The translations under genes and the position numbers were made by a program. From the NCBI RefSeq assembly GCF_025526975.1, contig NW_026515681.1, positions 1 through 64,000 on the forward strand: a DNA stretch of 64,000 nt, in the 5' to 3' direction. Shown here in pieces: positions 33,103 to 46,800 of the stretch (positions are counted from its first letter, which is position 1; the number at the start of each line of letters is the position of its first letter). This stretch comes from Fimicolochytrium jonesii. Lineage: Eukaryota. The notes under the pieces are model-generated. The model ran no database searches and was not told the DNA's origin. It saw nothing but the letters and a program-made list of their open reading frames with translations.

Positions 33103-36100
33103 ATGCTACGGAAGCTCGCCACACGCCCCTTGCCGGGTTCGGCAACTGTCTTCGCACCCGCACGGAAACCCCTCTCTCACTTCAACCAGTTTTCCACCCG
33201 CCATTCTTTAGCACTAGCAGCGAACAGAAGAGACGCACGGCTACTCACAACAGCCCGCCGGTCTCGAAGCACAACAGGGAGATGCTGGCTGTGTTGTTTG
33301 ACGGGGACGCCTAGGCGGCATGCGAGTGGGAGTGCTGGTGCGTCGGGCAAGGCGGCCATCTTGCCGGAGGGTGGTGAGGTAGATCGGCAGCAGTCGTCGG
33401 CGGAAAAGGAAGTGGGCGGCGAGCCGGCGACGGCAGCAGTAATAGATAATGGAGCAGAAGTGAAGGGGTTAGAGAATGGTGGTGAAATAGATCGGCAGTA
33501 CTCAAATGAGAACGGAGTGGCTGGCGAGTCGACGACGACAGCAGCAGCCGCAGGAGACGCCCGAACAGAGATAGGGGGATTAGAGAGCAGAGGGTCGCAT
33601 GCGACATCAGCTGAAATGGGTGTAACAGCGGAAGCCGAGCAGACGATGATCTCATCTGGAGCGAAAACAGCCGGAGCTCAATTCAAAGTCTTTTCGGGGG
33701 GTTTTTCGGAGAAAGCAAATGTCAGTGAAAGTACGAATTCATCACCCGGCGATAGTAAACCGGAAATCACGGCTTTGAACTCGAAAGCAGACGACGACGC
33801 CCGTTTGGATGTTCGACAATCGGGTGTAAGCCAAGCATCGGGGACACAGATGGAGCACTCGAATGCAGAGTGCCAGGTAGGGCTCAGTTTAAACACGTGG
33901 GAGGCACGAGGGAGTACCCGCCAAACGCTAGAGAGCGATCCGAGTCGCATACGAGATACCCCTCAAGAGGCCTCCACCTCCAACTTTAGCCGGGCGAGGA
34001 ACTTTCCCTTCGCACGTCTTCCAAAGCAATATGGTGGAAACGGAGATTCACCAGTTCCCAAAAAGAAGGCACAACATAGTGGAACAATGTCTCAGGCTTT
34101 CAAGGACGTCGACGCATGTTTCGGCTCTTCAGACTCTAAACAAGTCGCCTTGGACGCCTTTCTCAAGTTGAAGGAAACGAAGGCCCTGCAAACTTGGACC
34201 CCTACGCACTTCAAACTACTTTTGGAGCGGATGCTTGTGGGCCCATGGGTCGACGAAGATCGAATAGCAATCATCGATGACACGAGAGCAGACCTTGGGA
34301 TCAAAGCCAACCACGAGTACCGATGGCGACTGGCAGGCGTGTACGCCGACACCGACGCCGCGATCGTGCGGGCGCGGGAGGAGCATCAGAGGGGGCTAGA
34401 TATACTGCGAAAGGCGTATGAGCAGAACCCGAGTCTTGCCCTCAATCGTCGTGTGATGAGGAAAGAATTGCAGGGGAAGAGGTACAAGTCTGTCCGCTGG
34501 CTTCTTAGGTTGGAGGAAACCGTCAAGGCGGCGTTGGAGGAGTATCCTACTAGCCACTGCGACCGGTTCCTGGACCTCATGTTCAAAGCCATCGCGCGGC
34601 GGCGAGACGTGCCCTTGCTGGAGAAGTGGATGAGCATTGTTCGCCACTCGTCTGTTCGACCAGGTCCCGCTGCTTATAGCGCGATCATCGACGCGTACGG
34701 GGAGACGGGGAACCTGTCTCAAGCAGAGAACTGGTACCACAATTTCCTAAAGACAACGCTTCCCAAGCAAGAGACTGTGTTCGTGGCATATGCAAACGCT
34801 TTAGTACGCGGGGGGAAGGTCAAAGAGGCCCGAGTGTTTTTGGAAGAGCTGATCGAAACGACTTTGGAGATGAAGATCTCCCGGCCAACTTACACGGCCC
34901 TCATCAAGATCTTCATCCTGGACAACGACGCCGAGTCCGCACAGATCTTTGTCAGGAAGCTCGAGAACAGAAACAAGCCGGGGGTGCCGCCACCCGACGG
35001 AAACATGTACGCCGCCATCTTGGAGTGTGCATTGGAAAACGACTATTACGCATTCTCCCAACGGTTGGTGGAAAAGCTTATGAGATACCCGTTCCATTGG
35101 GCGCACAACTCCCGCCTTCTCTCGTCGTACGGTGAGCTGGCCATCAAGAACGGCGACCTGGACGCCGCGCTCGCGGTGTACCACCAGCTCTACGGCTGCA
35201 ACGCCATCCCGCACCCGGACTTCACGCGCGCGCTTGTCCAGGCCCTCACGCACGCCGATCGAAGAGGGGATGTGTTCGATATGCTTGGCAACCTGTTGAC
35301 AAAACTGCGCCGACGCAGGGATCTGAGCCAGTTGAAGCACCGCCGGGATAAGAACTGGACGGTGCTCATCCGTCAGATCGTGCAGTTTGACGACACGGAC
35401 TTTGACCTGCTCCTCTTGGCGCATGAGGTGATACTCAGAAGCTACACGCCGCATATGTTTGACTTGACGGGCCGCGCGCTGATTGCCGCTTACGACAGGG
35501 TCCGGGAGGGCAGGGGCCCGATTTCGAGGAAGCTGGTGGCGGAGGATTTCTTGACGATCTACCACGCGCTGTTTTTCAGCCACATGCCGAGCGCGGAGAT
35601 TGCCGCAAGGGTGTTGGTGTATTTGGACGATATGAACCGCGCGGGTCTGCAACCGACCAATCATATCGACGAGCTTGTCCGCAAAGGACTGGCAAGATGC
35701 TCCCCATCGTTGCCGGAGGAAGCGACGAAGTGGCGGCTGAGTATAGCCGCCGGACCTCCTCCGCGCTCCGGACCGGCGGAAGAACCAAAGAAGATTATGG
35801 TAAGGACACCGGAGCACACTCGACCCAGGGCCCCTCTGGCGACCCTCCATTCCTTTGATAAGCAAATCGGCGATCTCTGCGAGCGTGGCCATCGCACGGA
35901 AGCAATGATCCTCCTCCGCTACATCGGGTCCGACGGGCAGATGCCGTCCCCGCACGTGTACGGCCAGCTGGTGCATCTCTGCACACGCGAGCGGGATTTC
36001 AAATCCCTTGATTACCTGTTCGGGATGTATAAACAGTTGTTCAGGCAGTCGGACACTGCGGACAGGGGCGACTTGCAGATGTTGACAGAGTACGAGGGTC

Positions 36101-37590
36101 ATTTGGCGAAAGGGACGCTGTTGGCGCATTTGGAGAGCGAGAAGCACGGCGGACAGGTGATTACCGTCTTGGATATTTACAAGTCCATGGCGTCCATGAA
36201 GGCGCTGTTCGGATATAACCCTTATGGGGTGAAAGACTACGAGCAGCTCTTTGAGGCGATCTATGACCGGGCCGAGCGAAAGCAGGTGCCTGCTCTACGC
36301 GGGCCCCAGGACGTGCAGGCCCTCATGTCCGCTTACAAAGAATTCCGCGCTCTCACCGCGTCCTCGGTCCCGGAAGACGACGTCCCACGCCAAACTCACC
36401 TCGCCAACACCCACCTCACCCTCCTCCACATTTTGATCGCCACCGACCGCACCCAGGCGGCCATCACCGTCTTCAACGACATCGTCAACATCCCCAACAT
36501 CGAAAGCTACATCGACACCGGCATGATCTATCATGCCATCCTCACCCACCTCGCCACCACCCCGTCCCGCACCCGCCAGATGCTCACCCACACCGCCGTC
36601 GCGCTCTACTACAAGTACATTGGCGCCCACGCCGACGCGGCCCCGGATCCGCGGCTCGTCAACGCCATGATCCTCGTCTACGGCGCCGCGGGCAACCAGG
36701 ACGGGTTGGACCGGATGTTCCGACTTGCGGCATACCGGGACGTGCGGATCCCACCCGAGACGTGCAACACGCTCCTGGCGACGCTGGCGAAGTCCACGGA
36801 CCTGCAGTACGCGAATCTGGTGAAGGTGCGACGCAAGGTCGAGGAGATGGGGTACACGCTGACGGCGGGCACGTACGAGGCGCTGATTGCGTATCTGACG
36901 TCTGTCCGGCGGCGGGATCTCGCGGAGGCCGAACGCGTGTATGCCGAGATGCTGCAGCGCGGGTTGGCCCCGACGAAGCGGGTGTTGGAGGATCTGGTCG
37001 CGGCGGCGTTGGAGAGCCGCCCGCGGGGGTACACCGACACGCGACCGGCACCGCCCCCGCCGACGGACGCGCTGGCGAAAGCACGCGTCTACCGTGCTGC
37101 GTGTGTCGCCGCCCACGGCACCTCGACGATGAAGCTCGACTCCGCGATCCTCACCCACCTGCTTGGCGTGCTGCGCGATTACGACGCGGCCAAGGAGATG
37201 TATCGGCGCATGGAGGTGCGCCATCGCAGCCCGAAGGTGTATGCCGCGGTGGTGCGCGCGGCGGTGGATGCGAGTCGCGGGGTGTTTGTGAAGATGGAGC
37301 AGACGAGTCAGGGGAGCGGGGATGACTCTACCCAGGCCGACGACACGACACCCGCAGCATCGGATGGGGACTCGGCAGCGACTCGCATGCAAACGCAAAC
37401 GCAGGCGCAGATACACCACGACCCGGAAACGGAGCTCCGCTTCGCACGCACGGTCCTGGACGAGATGAAGACGGCAAAGCGGGGCACGCCGGCTGTGAAC
37501 CTTATTGCGCAGTGTGAGGCGATGGTGGTGGAGAGGGAGAGGGAGGTTGAGAGGGCGGGGAGAGTAGTTGGGGATGTGGGGTGGGCGTAG
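33103..37590 (+). CDS. Large pentatricopeptide-repeat (PPR) protein, probably mitochondrial, intronless
   Basis: Long ORF with an Arg/Ser/Leu-rich N-terminus from MLRKLATR. PPR-like units include AYSAIIDAYGETGNLSQAENWY, TYTALIKIF and AERVYAEMLQRGLAP. Confidence 0.85.
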   Translation: MLRKLATRPLPGSATVFAPARKPLSHFNQFSTRHSLALAANRRDARLLTTARRSRSTTGRCWLCCLTGTPRRHASGSAGASGKAAILPEGGEVDRQQSSAEKEVGGEPATAAVIDNGAEVKGLENGGEIDRQYSNENGVAGESTTTAAAAGDARTEIGGLESRGSHATSAEMGVTAEAEQTMISSGAKTAGAQFKVFSGGFSEKANVSESTNSSPGDSKPEITALNSKADDDARLDVRQSGVSQASGTQMEHSNAECQVGLSLNTWEARGSTRQTLESDPSRIRDTPQEASTSNFSRARNFPFARLPKQYGGNGDSPVPKKKAQHSGTMSQAFKDVDACFGSSDSKQVALDAFLKLKETKALQTWTPTHFKLLLERMLVGPWVDEDRIAIIDDTRADLGIKANHEYRWRLAGVYADTDAAIVRAREEHQRGLDILRKAYEQNPSLALNRRVMRKELQGKRYKSVRWLLRLEETVKAALEEYPTSHCDRFLDLMFKAIARRRDVPLLEKWMSIVRHSSVRPGPAAYSAIIDAYGETGNLSQAENWYHNFLKTTLPKQETVFVAYANALVRGGKVKEARVFLEELIETTLEMKISRPTYTALIKIFILDNDAESAQIFVRKLENRNKPGVPPPDGNMYAAILECALENDYYAFSQRLVEKLMRYPFHWAHNSRLLSSYGELAIKNGDLDAALAVYHQLYGCNAIPHPDFTRALVQALTHADRRGDVFDMLGNLLTKLRRRRDLSQLKHRRDKNWTVLIRQIVQFDDTDFDLLLLAHEVILRSYTPHMFDLTGRALIAAYDRVREGRGPISRKLVAEDFLTIYHALFFSHMPSAEIAARVLVYLDDMNRAGLQPTNHIDELVRKGLARCSPSLPEEATKWRLSIAAGPPPRSGPAEEPKKIMVRTPEHTRPRAPLATLHSFDKQIGDLCERGHRTEAMILLRYIGSDGQMPSPHVYGQLVHLCTRERDFKSLDYLFGMYKQLFRQSDTADRGDLQMLTEYEGHLAKGTLLAHLESEKHGGQVITVLDIYKSMASMKALFGYNPYGVKDYEQLFEAIYDRAERKQVPALRGPQDVQALMSAYKEFRALTASSVPEDDVPRQTHLANTHLTLLHILIATDRTQAAITVFNDIVNIPNIESYIDTGMIYHAILTHLATTPSRTRQMLTHTAVALYYKYIGAHADAAPDPRLVNAMILVYGAAGNQDGLDRMFRLAAYRDVRIPPETCNTLLATLAKSTDLQYANLVKVRRKVEEMGYTLTAGTYEALIAYLTSVRRRDLAEAERVYAEMLQRGLAPTKRVLEDLVAAALESRPRGYTDTRPAPPPPTDALAKARVYRAACVAAHGTSTMKLDSAILTHLLGVLRDYDAAKEMYRRMEVRHRSPKVYAAVVRAAVDASRGVFVKMEQTSQGSGDDSTQADDTTPAASDGDSAATRMQTQTQAQIHHDPETELRFARTVLDEMKTAKRGTPAVNLIAQCEAMVVEREREVERAGRVVGDVGWA

Positions 37591-38021
37591 CTGGGAGTCG
37601 GGGAGGTAGGGGATGAATGTATATGAAGGGATGTATGTAGACATTTGTTTGTATATTTGCATAACTTGCATATTTGGTAGCGGCCCCTGCGAGAAAAAAG
37701 GGACCAGGCATTAAGCAATCGTTCGAGAAAAGAAAAACCAGCCAACTCCCCGTCCTAATGCTATTCGCGGAACGCCAACATTATTTCAGCTTCCCTCTGT
37801 TCTGTCCTTAGATCCTCCGCCAAGGTACGTTCCCCGACTCCCCATCGCTGATGTTCTGAGGGTAGGTACTGTTCCCGGGTACATACGCATTTTCTGGTTC
37901 CCCCTTCTTGCATACATTCTCCAAAATTCCTTCCGCTCGTAACCAAAGCAACCCCCCCTGATCTCCCTCCTATATATATGAAACCCCACAGGCACCTCGG
38001 GGGATAAACCAACTCCAGCTC

Positions 38022-39943
38022 CTACGCCAAAGCCTTCTCAAACCCGTCCAATCCTTCCTTCCACTCCGCCTCCTCCTTCTTCCCAACCCCCTTCCCCTCG
38101 GCCCCCGCTGCAGCCCTGACCAACGCGGCCAGCCCCTTCGCGGTCCTCACCAGCACGCCCAGCTCGCCCCTCGTCGCGCCGGTCCCCACCGCCGTCCTGA
38201 CTTTCGCGCGCGCAAGACACTTGGCGACACAGGTGACGACCGCCAACTCGCTCTTGACCGTTTTGCCGAGGTAGCGCGCGAATACTGTGGACCAGTGCTT
38301 GTCGATCAGGATGAACAGGTCGTCGAGGGACCATGGGGGTTGGCGTGCGAGGGAGGGTTTGGGGAGGTGCCGGCGGAGGAGGGTTGTGAAGGGTGGGGTG
38401 AGGGTGGTGAGGAGGTGGTCGTGGATGCGGAGACCGAGGGCGTCGATGTCGAGCTCATCTGTGCGGGCTTTTTTGCGGGGTGGGTCTTGGTTTTGGGGTT
38501 GGGGTTTGGACGGTGGTTGTTTCTTCCGGGATGGCTCTGAGGGGGGCTCGGGGCTTTCTTCGCTGGCTTTGCGTTTCTTGGAGCGGGTTGGGGTGCCTGC
38601 TTTGGCATCCTCGTCTACTTCCATGTCCATTGACTCGCCTGCACTTGATGTGCCTCCCAACTCAGGGCTCTTCTTCTTCTTCTTCTTCTTCTTCTTCTCC
38701 TTCTTACTATCAGCATTGGATGGCGCCTCCCTCGGTGGCGGTGGGGGCAGCTCCGGGTTCTTGTACGTCGTTGTCTTCCTTGCGTGGATCGATACATTCG
38801 ACGCGGTGGTATCCTTCGACACGCTCGCCCGCCTCTGCTGTTGCTGTGGTGCGGCGATGTGGTTCGACTCCGATGTTGATGCCGGTAGGGGTGGTGCGGG
38901 GGGTAAACCAAGATGTGACCTCGCTTGATCGAGAAACTCGCCTGGAGTGCTCGTGCTGTAGTTCGTCACCGTTTGGATCCCGTGGATTAACGCTTTCAGA
39001 CAGAGATTCTTGTCGTTGCTCATTAGCATCACGCGTGGAGTGATTCTGTTTTGCACGTATCTAGTGAGCGGAAGAGGTGGGTATGAGAATGAGGCATTAT
39101 TGGCAAGTATGGGACCAATGCCCTACTCGCGTCGCTCGCAACAAAGACAAAGATGCTGGGTGAGAATATTGTCCTCGAAACATACCTACAACACTCCAAA
39201 ATCTGATCATCCCCATTTCCTCTCTCCTCCCCCACATCCCCCAACACATCCTTCCTCGTCTGCCCAACCAACCCCCTCACACCCCTTGCCATCCCCCTAA
39301 ACAAAAAATCAATCGCCCGTCTGGCCACATCGGGCCTCTCACTTTTCCCACCCACATCAAACTCCCTGCCGCGTTCCCTCGCCGTCTCCGCAATCTTTGC
39401 CTGGCTCTTTTTCCACGACTCTTTTAGTCCGTCAAGCTCTGTGACGACGACGTAAGGGATCACGATGAGGAAGTTGGGGTCGTGGGCGAGGGCTGGGAGG
39501 AGACGTTGGAGGAAGGGGAGGTGGGAGATCAGGTAGTTTGTGTCGAGGATGAGGATGGCGAGGGTGGAGGATGGGGGGATGGAGGAGAGTATAGTGTCGG
39601 AGGTGACTGGGGTTGGTGGTGCTGGGGTCGCTGGTGATGGCGGAGGTGGGATAGCTGCAGCTGGAGTCACGCGATGTGACGGAGGTGCTGACAAGGGTCC
39701 GTGGTGGCTGTGGTTGAGCGGCGTGTGAGGTGGCTGACCCTGCACATGGCCATACGCTCCAAAGCCTTGCGCCTGATACTGTGCGTATTGGTGGTGGAAG
39801 TAAGCCGCTTGTGCCTGTTCCTGGTACCCATCCTGCAGCGTGCTGGGCGATGCTGTTGCGGTGTTGGGGTATGCGGGTGCGTGTGGTGGTTGTTGGTCGG
39901 TGAGGTCCATGTCCATCCCGTCCGGGTCGTAGAGGGCGGCCAT
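38022..39943 (-). CDS. SWT1: SWT1-like PIN-domain endoribonuclease (one intron ~39064-39184)
   Basis: PIN motifs ILILDTNYLI, IPYVVVTELDGLK, DDQILECC and LMSNDKNLCLKA; C-terminal PPWSLDDLFILIDKHWSTVF resembling the SWT1 C-terminal domain. Confidence 0.82.
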
Positions 39944-40322
39944 TGCTGCTGCTGCAGGAGCTGGGGGGGGGGGGGGGGGGGGGGGGGGGAAGGGGGATGG
40001 GGGTTGTGCGTTGCTGTGTGGGAGTCGTCGCCTGGGCCCGTTGTTCTTCGAGGGGTTGCAACGTTCGAACACTCCTTATAATACGCGTTCAGGAGCCTAC
40101 GCCTGCTCTGCCAAACATGATCGAAAGTGGAAGATTGCGGTCTCATGAGGGAAGTTCGCCTGAGAAGGAGGGGGACAGAACTGCGACAAAGGCCTGATAT
40201 GCTTTCCCATCTTATCCGTCACCTCACGGTGTCACCCATGAGGTGGCCCAGTATACATAGATACACTACATACATCCACGAACGCCGTTAAAGCCCGGGG
40301 TTCAAACAGCTCTCTCCTCCAC

Positions 40323-43300
40323 CTAATCCTGCTGGTTTGTCCACGTCCTAGCCTTGTGCACATTCTCCCGATTCCGGTACGGTTTGCCATTGCCTCCTCT
40401 TCCACCGCGTCCTCCCCTCTCTCCTCCTCCTCTTCCTCCTCTCCCACGTCCTCCTCTCTCGCCTCCGCCTCCTGGAGATTCACTCCCACTCCCTCCAGCA
40501 CTACCACCTCGCCCGCCTCCGCCACGACCACCTCGCCCTCCACCGCCCCCACCACGACTCTGGCCTCCACCGCGGCCGCCTCGAGTACCACCACGAGGGG
40601 ATGCCGTACCCGGCGTACCACCGCCGTCGTTGTCGTCCGATTCCGCATCGGAGGCTTCCTCGTCGTCATCGTCGTCGTCGTTGTTGTTGTTGGTGTGGTT
40701 TGCGTTTTGTGGCAGGGCACGGTTGCCGCGCCATTCGTATTTTGCAAGGAGTTTGTCTTTTCGGGGCTGATCGTTCGAAATCAAAGGGGGAAAGGTGAGA
40801 AAATGGCGGTGGGATGATGGGTGGAAACACCCCAAGTAAAATCCGCGCCCGCGCGGCCCGCATTTCGAACTCCAACGATGAAATTTCATACTCACATTCC
40901 GCCTCAACATACTCCCCCACCCCTCAATCTGCTGATCACTCAACCCCGTCTCCTCCCTCAACCTCACTCTCGTCGCGCCCTTCCGGTTCGCCCGGTCAAA
41001 CACGTCCGGGGTCGACATGTACACGGCCATGAGGGCCGGTTCGTGGGGCGCGATCGGGTCGTCGGGGACGTGGATGGGTGCGGCGGTGGTGGTGATGGGT
41101 GCGTCGGGGGTGGGGGCTTCGATTGTTCCTGCGAGCTTTATGTCGTTGTCGTCGTAGGTGTCGTCATACCTATTCGGAATGATGGAAGGTTAGAGACTAT
41201 GCGGCAGATCCAAGAAGGGCAACGAAACGATACATACTCATCATCATACTCATCATACTGCACAGCAAGCAACTTCTCCCTCGCATCGTTCACAAACGAT
41301 TTATCATCCAACACGTTGCCCCGATCGTTCTTTTTTCCAAAGTGAACTTTATCCATATCCACTTTCCCGCGGGCGAACACGTCAAACTCGTCCCCGTCGT
41401 ACACGTTGCGGCGGTTGGAGAGGAGGCTGGGTTGGTCGTCTGATGGAGGTAAGGGGGCTGCTGAGTCGAAGAAGTCGACGTCGACGTCGATGGAGGCTGC
41501 GGGGAGGGTTTTGGGGGGTGATGCGGTGGCGGGTGGTGGGGCCACTGGTGCCGTTCTGAGGAGGGACGGGAAAAGATTAGCTACAAATGTCCCGATGCGC
41601 GATAGCCATATTTTTACGAGCCCATACCTCTGCATGTTGCGATCCAGCTTTGACACGTATTCCGGAAGATCACCCTCTAGAATTTTCATGATGACGATCT
41701 CGGCGTCATCCCCAAAGGCCAGTAGACATGCCTATATGCACATATGGCGTAAGGGCCTCATCGCTATCATTGTTCGATGGTGCGTTAGACGAGACATTAC
41801 CTCTATGAAACCTTCGCCTAGTTCTGGGAAAAGATCCTGCACTTGCGATATGAGCGATGTGCGCTTGATGTATTCTTCGTTCATAGCCGCCATCTACGGA
41901 TTCATGAACGTAGGTCAGCGTTTCCCCTACTGTGAAGAGAGTAAGTGCCGGAACCCCCGGTATCTCCAACATACGTCAATCGTCGAAGAGCTCCCCGCAT
42001 CCGCGTTGACTGTATCCATCGTCCCCGAAAGATCGCTCAACAACGCCTCCTGCTGCCTCCTCTGCGCGCGCTGGTTCGCCAACACCCGTTTGGTCTCCGC
42101 ATTCCCGCTAAACATCAACAACTGTTCCAGCGACGCAATCAAATAATCCAGCCGGGCGTCCCCTTCATCCTTCAGATACCGATCCTGCAACTGCTTGATC
42201 CATTCACCGAGCCCGAAATCCACCTCCAGGTCTACTAGAATCGGCGCCGACTCCAAGAACGGAACGGGTCCTTCGAAATGGGATGCTTCGAGGAGTTCCA
42301 TGCAGGTGTCGCAGAGGACTTCGGCTTTGGCGATGACGTCCGCCATGGCGGGGGTGGAATCACTATCACTGTCGGCGTCCTTTTCGCTAGCAAGTTTCAG
42401 CGGAGACCCAATGAACACCTGCAAGATCGTTTCGATGAGGAGAAGCACGGCGGCCTTGACGCGGCGCGCTTGGGCGCGATGATCGTTGCAGGGCGACCGA
42501 AGGATGGTTTCGGGTTCTCGTATGTCGTTCACAGTCGAGCGTGACGCATCCCAATCGTCATCTAACGCCTCGATCGCCATCCAGATGTTTGCCACTTGGT
42601 AGATATCAGCCATCGCGCGGACTATCTCCTTTCCTTCGAGCAGTATGGACGCGACATCCTCCCCGCCGAACTGCACGGCTCCTCGGAGATCCGACATGGC
42701 GCGGTACAGAAACTCCGCTTCCACTTTCACCCGATCCGCGTTATTGCCGTCTGAGAAGGACACTGATGACGAGCTGTCTGCTTCACTGCTCTTGCCTTTC
42801 CCTTTGCCCTTCCCTAGCTTCCCGTACTTTTTCTGTACATCGTGCACCGATCGCACAATCAACTTCAGGGTATGTCGTAAATCGGGTGAAAGCTTGGGCT
42901 GCGCTTTCCATATGCATTGAAAAACCTGTCGGAGGATGGATGGGTTGCTGTCCGCAAAGACGTGGGCGATGTCGAGTAAGGATGGCAAACTGAGTATGCC
43001 TAAATCGTAAACTGCGTCTGCCCAATCGTGCGATGCCCATTCCAAAGCTTCTGGCGGTATCGACGACCGTGTTTCGGAAGCTTCATCGTCGTCTTCTGCC
43101 TCACGCTCCATCAAAGATTCAGCCTCCGCCGGCGCTAGACCGAGACGACATATCAGAAAGAACACCTTTTGAGCAAGCTCCGGGTCCAAAGGCGTATGAC
43201 GGAAATATGCATCCAAAAATGTGGCGACGGAATGCGAGGGATGTATGGGGTACAGGACAGTGCTCCAAAAAGAGAGAAACTGCAGGCGGAGGAGGGCTGA

Positions 43301-43447
43301 CAGTTGGGTTTTCAGATAGGTGTGCAGAGTGAACTGCAGTTCGTCGTTGTGCTCGGCGTCTTTCGGCGGAGCGTAGGGCGGGAACAGCTTCACTGGCTGA
43401 CTTGACGCTTTTGAAACCACACTTTGAGAAGCTTTCTTGCCTACCAT
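40323..43447 (-). CDS. ASCC2: ASCC2/Cue3-like CUE-domain protein (multi-exon; C-terminus approximate)
   Basis: LLRLQFLSFWS and LPSLLDIAHVF, CUE motif ISQVQDLFPELGEGFI, RRNVYDGDEFD, YDDEYDDTYD and an RGG-rich tail. Confidence 0.85.
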
Positions 43448-43872
43448 TGTCGTTCCGTCGTTGTTCAGGATTGGTCGTAGATCGTCGTTGTCAATCCGGA
43501 ACGTATAGTGAAAGCGAGCAACTAATCTATCGCTATTACTTGAGCTGCTTCTACCTGGTTTGAAAACTACGGTTGTTCCAGCCCTTTGTGAGTCTCCTAT
43601 GTATATATATGCTCTTCCGCCGCCTTGGGAGTTCCAACGCAATGGAGGAGGATGACTGCGAAAAGCCTCGTCTCACCGGGCGCCGCGTTTCTCCTCCCAG
43701 AGAACCCCGACAATCTCGGAAAAGTGGACAAGCCATTGCCAGCAGGCAGCTGTGGACAAGCGACAACGATCCACAGCAATAGCACTACACGGCACTCTCC
43801 CAGGGGGATAATGAGGAGAGTGAGGGGAGGAGGCGATCACGTACCATTCGAAACACCGCACAACCGTCGGAG

Positions 43873-46800
43873 ATGCGAGGTGCAGGGCTTTGCCGGCGAG
43901 CTGTTTTCCGGCGGCCATCGCTATCACCGAGCTCACGAAGGCTCGCTCCCTACCAAAGAATCTCCTGCGCGCGGCTGACTGGGGCGACGACAGCAAAACG
44001 TCAGGTCGTTCCCGGTGACTCGCGGGCTTACTGGCGTGGAATTACTCTCCCGAAAACTGATGTGGCTCCCGTTGAGGGACGTGGACAGGAAGGGGCGGTG
44101 AACGCTTCGGACGGGAACCGGCCGATTGTTGGACAGGAGGATGCTGGTGGGAGGTTGGATGAAGGCTCGCCGAGCGAGCCGAAGCATATCCATAGCGGGA
44201 CGTCGGCGGAGAAGAAGGGCTCTCATAATGTGACTGCAGCCGCATACCCACCGGAAAGGGCGGACATTTCGCCGGGGAACCTTAGTCCCAGCCACTCTAA
44301 CGAAAGCTTGCAAGGAAGTGAGGAAGCCTTGGCCGTCATGAGGTCAGACGAAGGCTCGTCTAGCAAACCATCTCATAGCGTGAGCTCGGCAGACAACAAC
44401 GTCTTTGACAATGTGACGGCGGAAGCCACACGGGAAGGCGCGGACACTTCCGCGGCCGACATCACTGGAAGCTCCTCGAACGAAGCTTTGCTACCCAGTC
44501 GGGAAATTCTACCCGACGACAAAGCCGCAGAGTCATCAGCTGAAATCGCGGCTGATATCGCGGGAACTGCAGTGAACCAGGTCAGCGTTGGGCCTTCCGA
44601 TGCTACCGAAAACGGGGAGTCGAGACAAGAGCTGGTTGGGGGCAGCAAGGACACGTGGGCTGACGATACCGGCATGCTCACGTACCCACAGTCGTCTGAG
44701 GCCACTGCAACCGTTGCGGACGAAGCCGCCAAATGTACTACAGGCGAAGCACCCAAGGAATCGATCGCAAAAGCTAATAGCCTCAACCTTTTGAATCGGT
44801 TTCGATATGAATTGAACACCGCTCGGCTCCGTCGTCATCATAGTACCGATCTCTGGTCCAGCTTCCAAGCATTGATTCCTGGTAAAGAATACAAGTTACT
44901 TGCAGTTCCCGAGTTCGAATGGCTGTTGAACAGAATCAGGCAGGATCTCGGTTTCAAACAATTGTCGCTCGCTGAACGAAAGGAGAGCATGACGGCGGTG
45001 TGGAACTGCTACTGCAAAGCACGGTTCAACCCAAACTTACGGCTGTGGAACAAGTTTGCGAAGATTTTTGCGACATACGGCATGGCGGAACACTTGGAAA
45101 AAGTCTACACTTACGCAAGCAACAGTGGAATCACTTTCCCGGAAATGACTGTACGGATAAATTATATGCGATGCCATGCGAAAAACGGGGATTTTGAGAA
45201 AGCAGCGGATATGTTCAGAGAGATTCGACAGACGCGATCCTTCGCGGACATTGAGCAGGCCACCGATGGATATTTCCGGGCGTGTGTTGATAACCAAAAT
45301 GAGGAGGAAATGTTGCGAGCTCTGGAAGAACTGCGGGAAGGCGCGTTTCCTCTGGAGACCGCTTACTATCACATCATAAGATTCTTTGCTCTCCGGGACG
45401 GAATCGAAGGAATGGAAAGATGGATCGGCCTATATCGCGAGGTTATGCAGAAACAGCCCGGCCCGAAGATAACGGACTTTGTGCTACACATCTATAAAAG
45501 CGCCGGTTTGACTGAAAAGGCAGAGTACTGGGAAGGAGAAGTGCGGAAAACGACCGAGGTGCTCAGCCAGAGGGCAAATCGCACCTCGCTTGGAGGGGAA
45601 CGTCTAGCAGGCGCTGTTGACGTCGGACATGCACGTCCAGACGCTTCCGCTGATGCTTCCGTACCCGCCCAGGCAGATGATCGCTCCTCTTCCGCCGGAC
45701 AACCTCCAGCAGCAGCTGTTCCTTCTCATGTCACACATGCACACCGGTTAGCTGATGCTTCCGTACCCGGCGAGCCAGATACTCGCTCTCCAAGTGGCAG
45801 ACAGCCTGTCGCACCTAGGAAGGATACCACAAACCCGGGCCCCCAGAGAGTACCCAAAATCGTAGCCACAATGTCAGAGATAAGTGAACTGAAACGCCTC
45901 GAAGCCGAAATCATGCAAAAACGCGACTTTCTCCTCACAACCACGGAGCTGCGGACGCTTTTCCAAAAAGCTCATCTCCCGGTTCATAGGAGTACTTTCA
46001 CCATGCTGATCAAACGGTTCAAAGATTCCCACAACGGCCAGGCCGCCGAAGCCGTCCTGCGCTGGTACGTCAACAGCGGCTTGCCCGTGGCCGAAGAGCA
46101 AGAATACAGCGCCGTTCTGACGGCTTACATGCACGCGAACGATCTGGCGAATGTGCGACGGTTCTACCAGCTGACGCTGGCGGAGGGCAAGGCTCTTCAC
46201 CCCGACGTCCAGCTGGGTCTGATGACCTTGCACAAGGCTGCGGGTAGCCACCGAGATGCCTTAGATGTGCTCCGAAAAAGCAGGATTGCGAAGATGGACA
46301 AAGGACAGGTTGCAGGTACCTACACCTTTCTGCGACGAAAGTATGGTCCGCATGACGATTTCGTGAAGGAGTTTGCCAGGGCTATGGAGCCGGGGTATAC
46401 TCCGCCCGATTTGGAGCGCTCTGACGATATGGGTGTAGCAGGGGTCAGTGATGCGGTACCAGCCACGAAGGAGCCTACGCATGCCGCTGGAAACACCGAA
46501 GATGGACGCCATGACGCGCCGAAGCCGAAAGGGCCGCGGGTGGACCCCAATGACTATGTGATGCGGCTCGGCCAAAGAAAGAGCGCACGGGCAAGAAGGG
46601 CGGAGAAGGGGAAGGGACTTGGCGCGTCGTCCCCATCGCCGTCGACGGACATCACTGGAATTTCGAGTGTCTGGCCTCTCGACAGTTTGCATGATGAAAC
46701 TGCAACTCGCCCGGCAGACGTGTCTGCAACAGCGAGTGTAGCCCAGTCTCATGAGATTAAGCATGATGAGACCGCCACGAGCGCGGCATCATCTGACGTG

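Noticed and set aside
34801..37671. 448-aa and 458-aa minus-strand ORFs
   Set aside because: Antisense shadows of the PPR gene.
39963..39989. Long poly-G run (also ~31042-31057)
   Set aside because: Simple homopolymers in a 5' UTR and an intron; lengths are unreliable and there is no further support for function.
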